From: Bacteroidales bacterium
GTDB lineage: Bacteria > Bacteroidota > Bacteroidia > Bacteroidales > UBA932
Direction: 5' to 3'
DNA length: 64,000 nt
NCBI GenBank assembly: GCA_024401995.1
Contig: JAKSJZ010000003.1
Coordinates: forward strand, 13,512 to 77,511
Made by a program: the position numbers and the translations under genes. The notes under the pieces are model-generated. The model did no database searches. It saw only the letters and a list, made by a program, of their open reading frames with translations, and was not told the DNA's origin. Shown in pieces: positions 9,222-17,507 of the stretch; position 1 is the first letter of the stretch, and every line of letters begins with the position of its first letter.

Positions 9222-10211
9222 CTATGCCCTCCCGAATTTGCGACTATGGAAGCCCCTGTCAATCAGGGGAACGGCCATATTCATAACAAGTATCGCGAAG
9301 CTCACCCCTTCCGGATATGAGCCGAAATAGCGTATCATCATAACTATCAATCCTATGCCGACTCCATAAACGATACCCCCGAGGGAAGTCATCGGCGAAG
9401 TCACATAGTCCGTCGCCATATAGCAGGCTCCCAGAATCAGGCCGCCTGTAAGCAGATTGAAAAGAGGACCCGTAAAGCGCACGGGGTCGATGGAGGAGAA
9501 TACGAGGGATATGACCGCCACGGTAGCGAAAATCGAAAGCGGTATCCATATCTTCACCACCTTGCGGCACAACAGATATACGAATCCGACCAGAAGCGCT
9601 ACGGCGCAGACTTCTCCGGCGGACCCTCCGAGGTTGGCGAACAGAACCGACCGGTAGGAATACTGCGACGCGAGAGCGGACACGTCCACCGCCGCCCCGC
9701 CCGCAAGCTGCTCCTTGAGGGCGCTGAGGGGCGTGGCCCCGCTGAACGCGTCGGGGCCTCCCCCGATCAGCCCCTGCGGAGCTGTCCAGTCAGTCATATA
9801 TGACGGGAAGGACACAAGCAGGAACACACGTCCGGCGATGGCCGGATTGAAGATATTCTGTCCCAAACCGCCGAACGTAATCTTGGCGACTCCTATGGCG
9901 AACAAGGCTCCGACAAACACCACCCACCAGGGAGTGGAAACCGGAAGGTTGAGCGCAAGCAATACGCCCGTAAGCGCGGCGGAAAGGTCGCCGACAGTGG
10001 AAGGACGGCGGAGGACATAGCGCGTGAGCGCCCACTCCACCAACACGCAGGAAACGACGCTCACCGCGATGACAAGAAGTTCGCTCCAACCGTAGAACAG
10101 GCAGGACACCACCACCGCCGGCGCAAGCGCTATCAGCACGTCCCTCATAAGCGAGCGTGTCGATACCGGAGCGTGGATATGCGGCGAAGGTGAAACGATG
10201 AATCTATCCAT
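9222..10211 (-). CDS. rnfD: Rnf electron transport complex subunit D
   Basis: SPSPHIH start, FGGLGQNIFNPA, SGATPL FMN site, MATDYVTSP; start ATG 10211. Confidence 0.95.
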   Translation of the reverse strand: MDRFIVSPSPHIHAPVSTRSLMRDVLIALAPAVVVSCLFYGWSELLVIAVSVVSCVLVEWALTRYVLRRPSTVGDLSAALTGVLLALNLPVSTPWWVVFVGALFAIGVAKITFGGLGQNIFNPAIAGRVFLLVSFPSYMTDWTAPQGLIGGGPDAFSGATPLSALKEQLAGGAAVDVSALASQYSYRSVLFANLGGSAGEVCAVALLVGFVYLLCRKVVKIWIPLSIFATVAVISLVFSSIDPVRFTGPLFNLLTGGLILGACYMATDYVTSPMTSLGGIVYGVGIGLIVMMIRYFGSYPEGVSFAILVMNMAVPLIDRGFHSRKFGRA

Positions 10212-10218
10212 AAAACTC

Positions 10219-11592
10219 TTATTTTTTATCGTCGGCGGCCTTTGCCGCTGCAGCCCGGGCACGTATAATTCCCATCACCTGACCCTTTGCGGGACGGATA
10301 TGATCCAGAAGCGGCACGGCGGCGGGACAACTGTAAAGGCAGCACCCGCACTCGATGCAATCCTGCACCGACGCGGCCTCGAGACCGGCGGCATCACCCG
10401 CCTTCGCAAGTCTCACAAGAAGGAACGGCTCCAGGCCCATCGGGCAGGCCGAGGCGCAACGGCCGCAGCGTATGCAGTTGGACTCGGGAGCACGTCTTGT
10501 CGCCTTCTCGGACAGATAAAGCAGCGAGGACGAGCCCTTGACGGTGGACGCTTCCATCTCGGATACCGCCCTGCCCATCATCGGACCTCCGCTGACAATC
10601 TTCGCGGCCCCCTCGGGAACTCCACCCGCATATTCCGCGATATATGAAAGCGGCATACCTATCCTGAAAAGATAATTGTGCTGGCGCTCCACGGGCAGAC
10701 AGTCACCGGTAACGGTAAGCACGTTGGAAATCAAGGGCCTGTTCTTCTGGACGGCCTCGTAAACGGCAAGAGCGGTCGATACGTTCTGAACGACGGCTCC
10801 GACGCTTATCGGCAACCCTCCGGACTTCACCTGACGGTGCATTACGGCATCTATCAGCTGCTTTTCCCCTCCCTGGGGATACTTCTTCCTGAGCACCGCT
10901 ATCTCGAGACCTTCCATATGAAGTTCGCCCATTGCGGCCCGGAGCGACATTATGGCTTCCGGCTTGTTCTCCTCGACGGCGATGACCGTACGGCAGTCGC
11001 CGAGAGCGCGGCGCATTATGGTGGCGCCGACCACCACTTCGCGTGTCCTCTCGACGAGCACCCTGAAATCGCTGGTAAGGTAAGGCTCACACTCCGCTCC
11101 GTTGATTATCAGGCACTCGGCCTTGGACCCGGGAGCGGGATTGAGCTTGACGTGCGTGGGGAAAGTGGCCCCTCCGAGGCCCACCACACCGTTTGCCCTG
11201 ATTCTTTCGAGTATGAACGTACGGTCCTCCGGAATCTCCGTCACCAGCGTGGAGGAACGGTCTATGCCTTCCGCCCACTCGTCACCCTCGACGGCTATGT
11301 CGATATGGGTTACCATCCTGCCCGAAAGATCCTTTCCGGGGCCGATGGACTTGACCGTACCGCTCGCAGGAGAATGGACGAAAGCGGAGATGAATCCCGC
11401 AGGCTCCCCTATCACCTGTCCGGTTCGGACCCTGTCGCCTACAGCGACGACGGGAGTGGCCGGAGCGCCCAGATGCTGCGCCATCGAAACGTGCATCACG
11501 CCGGGCAACGGGAGCTCCTCTATGGAGCAGTTGCGGGAGATTTTGCAGTCGTCGGGATGTACCCCGCCGATACTGAATGACAATTTATTCAC
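10219..11592 (-). CDS. rnfC: Rnf electron transport complex subunit C
   Basis: GGVHP, QHLGAPA, GLGGATFPTHVK, NGAECEPYLTSD, GGPMMG, two 4Fe-4S motifs; GTG start. Confidence 0.96.
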   Translation of the reverse strand: MNKLSFSIGGVHPDDCKISRNCSIEELPLPGVMHVSMAQHLGAPATPVVAVGDRVRTGQVIGEPAGFISAFVHSPASGTVKSIGPGKDLSGRMVTHIDIAVEGDEWAEGIDRSSTLVTEIPEDRTFILERIRANGVVGLGGATFPTHVKLNPAPGSKAECLIINGAECEPYLTSDFRVLVERTREVVVGATIMRRALGDCRTVIAVEENKPEAIMSLRAAMGELHMEGLEIAVLRKKYPQGGEKQLIDAVMHRQVKSGGLPISVGAVVQNVSTALAVYEAVQKNRPLISNVLTVTGDCLPVERQHNYLFRIGMPLSYIAEYAGGVPEGAAKIVSGGPMMGRAVSEMEASTVKGSSSLLYLSEKATRRAPESNCIRCGRCASACPMGLEPFLLVRLAKAGDAAGLEAASVQDCIECGCCLYSCPAAVPLLDHIRPAKGQVMGIIRARAAAAKAADDKK

Positions 11593-12433
11593 CTTCTGCC
11601 TCCTTTTTCTTCAAAACAGGGAAATTGACGGCATGGATGGCACCGGTAGGGCACTCTGCCACACACTTCTTGCAAAGCCTGCACTTGGTGAAGTCTATGT
11701 AGCTGAGATTGTCCTCAATCCTTATCGCCTCGGCGGCGCAGACCTTCCGGCACTTGCCGCAACCGATACAGGCTGACTGACAGGCCTTGCGGGCAACCGC
11801 CCCCTTGTCCCTGCTGATGCAACTCACGTAAACCCTCATGCCGCGCGGGCCCTTCGCCCTGAGTTCGATGACTCCCTTCGGGCAAGCCTTGACGCAGGAA
11901 CCGCAGGCCGTACATTTCCTTTCGTCCACTACCGGAAGTCCGGTCCCGGCATCCATCGATATGGCACCGAACGGGCAGGCGGAGACACAATCGCCACATC
12001 CCACACAGCCGTACTGACAGAGAGTCTCCCCGGCATAAAGAGCCGACACGACACGGCAGGACTTCGCTCCGTCATACTCGTTGACCTTGGGGCGTGCCTC
12101 ACAACTGCCGTTGCAACGTACAACCGCTATCATAGGAGCCTGTTCCTTGAGTTCATAGCCCAGAATGTCGGCCACCTGCTTCATAACGGGAGTGCCCCCG
12201 ACCGGACAATAATGGCCGTCGAGAGTGGTGTCCTTCACCGCCGCCTCGGCAAATGCGCGGCATCCGGCATATCCGCATCCGCCGCAGTTCGCGCCGGGCA
12301 TCACCGCCTCGACCCTGTCGATTCTGGGGTCTTCCTCAACCTTGAACCTGCGTGCGACGAGGTAAAGCACCACAGCCAACACCAGCCCCAGGGACGAAAG
12401 AATCACCACCGTCCACAAAACAATACTATTCAT
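11585..12433 (-). CDS. rnfB: Rnf electron transport complex subunit B
   Basis: N-terminal TM, MPGANCGGCGYAGC, multiple CxxCxxCxxxCP motifs. Confidence 0.95.
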   Translation of the reverse strand: MNSIVLWTVVILSSLGLVLAVVLYLVARRFKVEEDPRIDRVEAVMPGANCGGCGYAGCRAFAEAAVKDTTLDGHYCPVGGTPVMKQVADILGYELKEQAPMIAVVRCNGSCEARPKVNEYDGAKSCRVVSALYAGETLCQYGCVGCGDCVSACPFGAISMDAGTGLPVVDERKCTACGSCVKACPKGVIELRAKGPRGMRVYVSCISRDKGAVARKACQSACIGCGKCRKVCAAEAIRIEDNLSYIDFTKCRLCKKCVAECPTGAIHAVNFPVLKKKEAEGE

Positions 12434-12854
12434 CTTTGCGTACTATATGGAAGGCATACCCGCCTGCGAGCCGCCTTCTGAAAAGAAAAATCACCAGATA
12501 CCAGACCCCCACAACTCCTATCGAAGCCAGGCCCGTCACCAACTCGGACGCTCCGGCGTACGAAAAGACAAGCACGGACACCATCAGGAGGAACACGGGA
12601 ACGACATAGGCAAGCCACACGGCCTTATAGCCCATTGTCCTTCTCAAAATGACCGTCACCTCCTCTCCCGGAGCGGGACCTCCGACCTCGGTCGGGACCT
12701 CGACGGTCTTGCGCACCGACTCGGAAAGCCCGCAGAAACCCCTGGCGCCGCAGGACCCGCAGGCCGACTCGGACACAATCTCAACCGTAGTGTATTCGGG
12801 GGTGACGTCCGTCACCCTGCCGTCGTGGGAAATATCTCTACTGGAAGCTCTCAT
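12426..12854 (-). CDS. RseC/MucC family membrane protein
   Basis: SACGSCGARGFC motif followed by two TM helices (AVWLAYVVP..); usual position upstream of rnfB; start ATG 12854 (TTG 12863 is an alternative). Confidence 0.85.
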   Translation of the reverse strand: MRASSRDISHDGRVTDVTPEYTTVEIVSESACGSCGARGFCGLSESVRKTVEVPTEVGGPAPGEEVTVILRRTMGYKAVWLAYVVPVFLLMVSVLVFSYAGASELVTGLASIGVVGVWYLVIFLFRRRLAGGYAFHIVRKDE

Positions 12855-14310
12855 CAGGGCCAAAATCTTCTGAATTCATCCTGGATTCCACTCTGGAAGC
12901 CTGTATGTTGAGAGCATCGTCCTCTTCTATGAACCTGACCTGATCGCTCCTGAAGCGCATATCTATCTCGCCGGTCTCGCCGTTACGGTGCTTTGCGATA
13001 AGTATCTGCGACCTCTCCCTGTCCTCAAGGCTATCCGACATCCCGACATAATCGGGACGATGGATAAAGATGACCATATCGGCATCCTGCTCTATGGAGC
13101 CGGACTCCCTGAGGTCGCTGAGCTGGGGCTTTCCCTTCGCTCCCTCCCTCTGGACGGACTGGCGCGACAGCTGCGAAAGCGCTATGATGGGCACGTCAAG
13201 TTCCTTTGCCGTAGCCTTCAGGGTACGGGACACCGCGGCCACCTCCTGCTCCCTCAAGCCCCTCATCTCGACGGGGCCCTGCATAAGCTGGAGGTAATCC
13301 ACCACTATGAGCTTGACGTTCTTCTGTTTCACAAGGTTCTTCGCCTTGGCGCGGAACTCCATTATGTGGAGCCCCGGAGTGTCATCAATATAGAGAGGGG
13401 CTTTGGCCAGGGGCTTCAACCTCAGGTTGAGCTGGTCCCACTCGTCGCCGTGCAATTTGGCCGAACCCTTGATCTTGTCTGCGGAAAGGCCGCTCTCGGT
13501 TGTCATCAGACGCTTCACAAGCTGAATGGATGACATCTCGAGCGAGAAAAAAGCCACGGGGATATGGTGGTCCACCGCCGCATTGCGGGCCAGGTTGAGG
13601 GCAAAGGCCGTCTTTCCGACGGAAGGCCGCGCGGCAAGGATTATCAGGTCGGAGGGCTGCCAGCCGCTCGTGATGGCATCCACCTTCGAAAAACCGGAAG
13701 GCACACCGCTCAAGCCTTCGATGCTCTGCATACGACCTATGTCTTCCATAGCCTCGGAAATAATCGAGCCTATGTCACGCACGTCCCTCTTGATATTGTT
13801 CTGAACGGCATCGTAAACCTTCGTCTGCGCCTTGTCGATAAGTTCGTCGACGTTGGCGGACTCGTCATAGGAATCCTTGAGAATCTCGTACGACGCCTTG
13901 ATAAGATCACGCTGAATGGTCTTCTGCTTGAGTATCTTGATATAATACTCGACGTGTGCGGCCGAGCCCACCTTCTCGGAGAGGTTGACCAGCGTGATTG
14001 TACCTCCGACCTCCTCCAGTTTCTTCTGCTGGCGGAGCTTTCCCGTAACCGTTATCTTGTCTATGGGGCTGTGCTCGTAGTCAAGAAGCGTTATGGCCTC
14101 GAATATCATCCGGTTGCGCGGGTCGTAGAAGCACGCCGGGGAAAGTTCGCCCAACGCGGCCTCGACACACGAAGGCTCAAGGAGCATCGCTCCCAGCACA
14201 CCTTCTTCCGCGTCAAGCGCCTGAGGCGGCGTATTGCCGAGTTCGGCCCCGAGGGACTCGAAATCCACGTCGTCCTTCTTCCTGCGCTGCGGCTTGCTCT
14301 CGATGGCCAT
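12838..14310 (-). CDS. dnaB: Replicative DNA helicase
   Basis: PPQALDAEEGVLG, AARPSVGKT, VDYLQLM, LSQLSR, DLRESGSIEQDAD, AKHRNG. Confidence 0.97.
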   Translation of the reverse strand: MAIESKPQRRKKDDVDFESLGAELGNTPPQALDAEEGVLGAMLLEPSCVEAALGELSPACFYDPRNRMIFEAITLLDYEHSPIDKITVTGKLRQQKKLEEVGGTITLVNLSEKVGSAAHVEYYIKILKQKTIQRDLIKASYEILKDSYDESANVDELIDKAQTKVYDAVQNNIKRDVRDIGSIISEAMEDIGRMQSIEGLSGVPSGFSKVDAITSGWQPSDLIILAARPSVGKTAFALNLARNAAVDHHIPVAFFSLEMSSIQLVKRLMTTESGLSADKIKGSAKLHGDEWDQLNLRLKPLAKAPLYIDDTPGLHIMEFRAKAKNLVKQKNVKLIVVDYLQLMQGPVEMRGLREQEVAAVSRTLKATAKELDVPIIALSQLSRQSVQREGAKGKPQLSDLRESGSIEQDADMVIFIHRPDYVGMSDSLEDRERSQILIAKHRNGETGEIDMRFRSDQVRFIEEDDALNIQASRVESRMNSEDFGPDESFQ

Positions 14311-14321
14311 ACGTCAGGATA

Positions 14322-15149
14322 TTAATTTTTGCTCTCCGCCTCCGAAGGAGCCACTATGATTCTTCCGCAATGCTCGCAGATGACAAGCTTGTTGCCGGAA
14401 CGGATATCGAGAATACGCTGGGGAGTAATCGTATTGAAGCACCCTCCGCAACTGTCCCCGTTATAAATCGGCACTACAGCCAGACGGTTGTGGACACTGC
14501 TGCGAATCCTGTCGTACGCAGACAGCGTGCGGGCGTCAAGCTTTGCGGCAAGACCGTCTCTGGATGCCTGGAGCGCGGCTTCCACATCCGCCGTATCCTT
14601 CGATATGGTCTCCAGTTCCACCTTCTTTGCGGCAAGGTCGGCGCTGCATATCTCCGTCCTCTCCAGAAGTTCGTCGATCGCCGCCTTGTGAGCCTCGATG
14701 CGCACCTTCGCCTCACCGATGTTCTTGTCGGCTATCTTGCGGAGAAGGTCGAGATTCTCAAGTTCCTTGTTGATGGAATCGTACTCACGGCTGTTGGAGA
14801 TGTTGGCAAGCTGTTCCTGATACTTCGCTATCTCGCCGTCCAGTTCCTCCATCTCCCCCACGTGGTCCTTTATGGCCTGCTCCTCGGCGGCTATCATATC
14901 CCTGAAGCCGTCGGCCTTTGCCTTGTAGGAATCGACCTCCGCCTCGAGCGCCGACACCTCGGCGGGAAGTTCGCCGCGGAGTTGGAATATCTTCTCCAAC
15001 TCGTTGTCGGCCTTCTGGAGTCCATACAGGACATTGAGCTTTTCCTGAACGGAAATCTCGGAGTCCGCAAAATTCTTCTGCAAGGAGACGAAAGTCTCCC
15101 TGTCGTCTATCGGGGTCTCGATTTTGATTGTTTTCTTGGTCGCTGACAT
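14322..15149 (-). CDS. Coiled-coil C4-type zinc ribbon domain protein (DUF164)
   Basis: Long coiled coil with NSREYD, C-terminal CGGCF..CEHCGRI. Confidence 0.9.
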   Translation of the reverse strand: MSATKKTIKIETPIDDRETFVSLQKNFADSEISVQEKLNVLYGLQKADNELEKIFQLRGELPAEVSALEAEVDSYKAKADGFRDMIAAEEQAIKDHVGEMEELDGEIAKYQEQLANISNSREYDSINKELENLDLLRKIADKNIGEAKVRIEAHKAAIDELLERTEICSADLAAKKVELETISKDTADVEAALQASRDGLAAKLDARTLSAYDRIRSSVHNRLAVVPIYNGDSCGGCFNTITPQRILDIRSGNKLVICEHCGRIIVAPSEAESKN

Positions 15150-15179
15150 ATCTGATTCGGTTTATTTTAGAAGGGAGCG

Positions 15180-15187
15180 CAAATTTA
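15180..15187 (-). promoter_or_regulatory. -7 promoter box (TAAATTTG) for the zinc-ribbon/dnaB/rnf unit
   Basis: CAAATTTA on + strand, 31 nt upstream of ATG 15149 in an AT-rich gap. Confidence 0.65.
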
Positions 15188-15206
15188 TGAAATTTTATCC
15201 TTATTC

Positions 15207-15524
15207 TCAAAGCGATTTGCGGATTTCATCCAACTGTTCCCGGATGCGCCTGAGACTCTCCAAAACCTTCACGCTGCGGTCGGTCGAGGAGGTCTCCGTC
15301 CTGAGGCTTTTTTCGGCGCCGTCGAGGGTCATCCCCTGCACTTTCACAAGATGGTGGATGCGCTTGAGAACTTCGATGTCCTCGCGTGTGAACTGGCGGT
15401 TGCCCTTCTTGGTGCGCGACGGCTTGATGAAACGGTTGAACCTGTCGGACCAGTAGCGTACGAGCGTCACACTCTCGCCGAGCATTGCGGCGACTTCGCT
15501 GATTGAGTAAAAGAGTTTATCCAT
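15207..15524 (-). CDS. MerR family transcriptional regulator (MlrA/CarA-like HTH)
   Basis: KLFYSISEVA..LVRYW..KKGNRQFTREDI..GMTLDGA; start ATG 15524. Confidence 0.9.
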   Translation of the reverse strand: MDKLFYSISEVAAMLGESVTLVRYWSDRFNRFIKPSRTKKGNRQFTREDIEVLKRIHHLVKVQGMTLDGAEKSLRTETSSTDRSVKVLESLRRIREQLDEIRKSL

Positions 15525-15534
15525 TTCCGTATTG

Positions 15535-16491
15535 TTAATCCATCGATTGTTCGGTATTCGCCGACATATAAAGGACGTTGGCATACTCCTCCGCCCCGAA
15601 GGAGGCGAACAGGAAATGCACGGGGTTAAGGTTCCTGCCGTCCTTGAGTATCTCGTAGTGAAGATGCGGGGCATACGAGTTCGACGAGGTCCCCACGCTT
15701 CCTATTCTCTGGCCCATCTTCACGCCGGCTCCCTTCTTCACCTGGATATTGGCAAGAAGCGCATATCTTGTCTCGTAGCCGCCTTCGTGAGTGATTACGA
15801 CCACATTGCCGAGCCCCTTGCCGGAACGTTCCACTTCCGTTACGACTCCGTCCCCGGCGGCATATACGGCCGTTCCCCGGGGCACCAGCACGTCGAGGCC
15901 GTTGTGCTCGACGTAAATCTTGTAGAAGGGGTTGAACTTGCTTCCCTTGCCCGCCCCCACCTGGATATAGTTTATATCCTTCAACGGCAGCGTCATCGGA
16001 GGAAGGACATATTCCCTGCCCGCCAGCGTGCGGAATATCGCCGCGAAGTTCCTCTCGATCGACGCACTCTTCTCCATAAGGGCGTCGGACTTGATGCGTC
16101 CGTATGACGTGAGCCTTGTATCCGGAATGGTGTCGGCGGCAAACAGGAACTCCAGCGTTGACATAGGGTCGACGTTGGGCGCCTCGGCGTGGAAAATCTC
16201 GCGGTACATATCGTGGTCGAGCAGCTGGAGTTCCGTAATCACGTCCTCCAAAAGTTCGGCCCGCTGCTCAAGCTCCGGAAGAATCTCGACGTAAGCCTTG
16301 TTCTCGCGCGCTATCGAAGCCTCCGTATCGGTATTGAATATCAGCGCAAACAGGCCGTAAAGGGCTATTGTCAGCGACAGCGTTATTACGATGAAGAAGA
16401 ATGCGCGGAGAACCATCCCCGCGACGTTGCGGGTGGCCTCCCTCACCACAAGGTCCGCGTCCAATATGTATTTCTTCAGATTCCGCTTCAT
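15535..16491 (-). CDS. M23 family metallopeptidase (possibly degenerate)
   Basis: N-terminal TM plus coiled coil; HNGLD and PHLHYE, but YALL in place of YAHL. Confidence 0.88.
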   Translation of the reverse strand: MKRNLKKYILDADLVVREATRNVAGMVLRAFFFIVITLSLTIALYGLFALIFNTDTEASIARENKAYVEILPELEQRAELLEDVITELQLLDHDMYREIFHAEAPNVDPMSTLEFLFAADTIPDTRLTSYGRIKSDALMEKSASIERNFAAIFRTLAGREYVLPPMTLPLKDINYIQVGAGKGSKFNPFYKIYVEHNGLDVLVPRGTAVYAAGDGVVTEVERSGKGLGNVVVITHEGGYETRYALLANIQVKKGAGVKMGQRIGSVGTSSNSYAPHLHYEILKDGRNLNPVHFLFASFGAEEYANVLYMSANTEQSMD

Positions 16492-17507
16492 CTCAGACGC
16501 TTCCTTTTAAGAATGTCCCCGGTGGACGGGATGTCCGGCCTTGCCGAAGCGGCGGCACGCTCCCTGACCATCGCGTCATACTCGGCGACGTTCATCGTCA
16601 TATCATAGTAGTTCGAAGGGTTGACCCTCTTGCCGTTGATTTCGACCTCGTAGTGGAGATGGGGGCCGGTGGACTTGCCGGAATTGCCGACCTCCCCTAT
16701 CTTGTCCCCGCGGTGGATCTCCTGTCCGGCCTGCACAAGGATGGTCTTGAGGTGGGCGTATCTGGTCTTGTAACCGAATCCGTGGTTGAGCACGACCATA
16801 TTGCCGTAGCCGAAGAACTGGTACTGAACCTTCTCGACCACGGCGTCGCCCGTCGCATACACGGGCGTCCCCTTGCGCGTCGCGAAATCCTGGCCCTCGT
16901 GGAAGCGCCTTCCTCCGAACACCGGGTCGGTGCGGCTGCCGAACCCGCTCGAACGCCTGACAAAACCGTCGGGGCGCAGGGGCGGCACAGCGGGAATATG
17001 CGAGATACGGTCTTCCGCCTGTACGGACACCTCGTCCACCTGCGCGAGAGACCTCCTGCGGAGAATGACACGCCTGCTCATATCGTCTATGCGACGACTC
17101 GTCTCAAGGAGCGAAGGACTGGCGCCCATCTGCTCGTAATCGAGATATTTCCTGTAAACCACGCTTGGGGACGCAATCGCGGAAGACACTTCCGAAAGAC
17201 CGAAAAGAGTCTTGTACACGTCGTCGTCACGGTTTTCTATACCCTGAAGCACACCTTCATAACGGTTCAGTTCGTGGGTCAGTATCTCCAGCCGCGATAC
17301 AAGCTGTGCATTCTCCTTCCTGAGCCTCACCGTCTTGGGCAGCGTAAGCCCGAAGACGGAAGTGTAGAGCCAGAAGTAAAGGCCTATAAGGCCGGCTCCG
17401 ACTGCAACCATCGCGGCCACAAGCAGATAGCGCCTGATACGCGGCTGCTCGTGGACCTCATAGAGCATCGTCTCCGGATTGTATATGAGCTGCTTGAGAT
17501 TACGCAT
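16488..17507 (-). CDS. M23 family metallopeptidase (MepM-like)
   Basis: N-terminal TM plus coiled coil; HEGQD, YAHL, STGPHLHYEV. Confidence 0.92.
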   Translation of the reverse strand: MRNLKQLIYNPETMLYEVHEQPRIRRYLLVAAMVAVGAGLIGLYFWLYTSVFGLTLPKTVRLRKENAQLVSRLEILTHELNRYEGVLQGIENRDDDVYKTLFGLSEVSSAIASPSVVYRKYLDYEQMGASPSLLETSRRIDDMSRRVILRRRSLAQVDEVSVQAEDRISHIPAVPPLRPDGFVRRSSGFGSRTDPVFGGRRFHEGQDFATRKGTPVYATGDAVVEKVQYQFFGYGNMVVLNHGFGYKTRYAHLKTILVQAGQEIHRGDKIGEVGNSGKSTGPHLHYEVEINGKRVNPSNYYDMTMNVAEYDAMVRERAAASARPDIPSTGDILKRKRLR

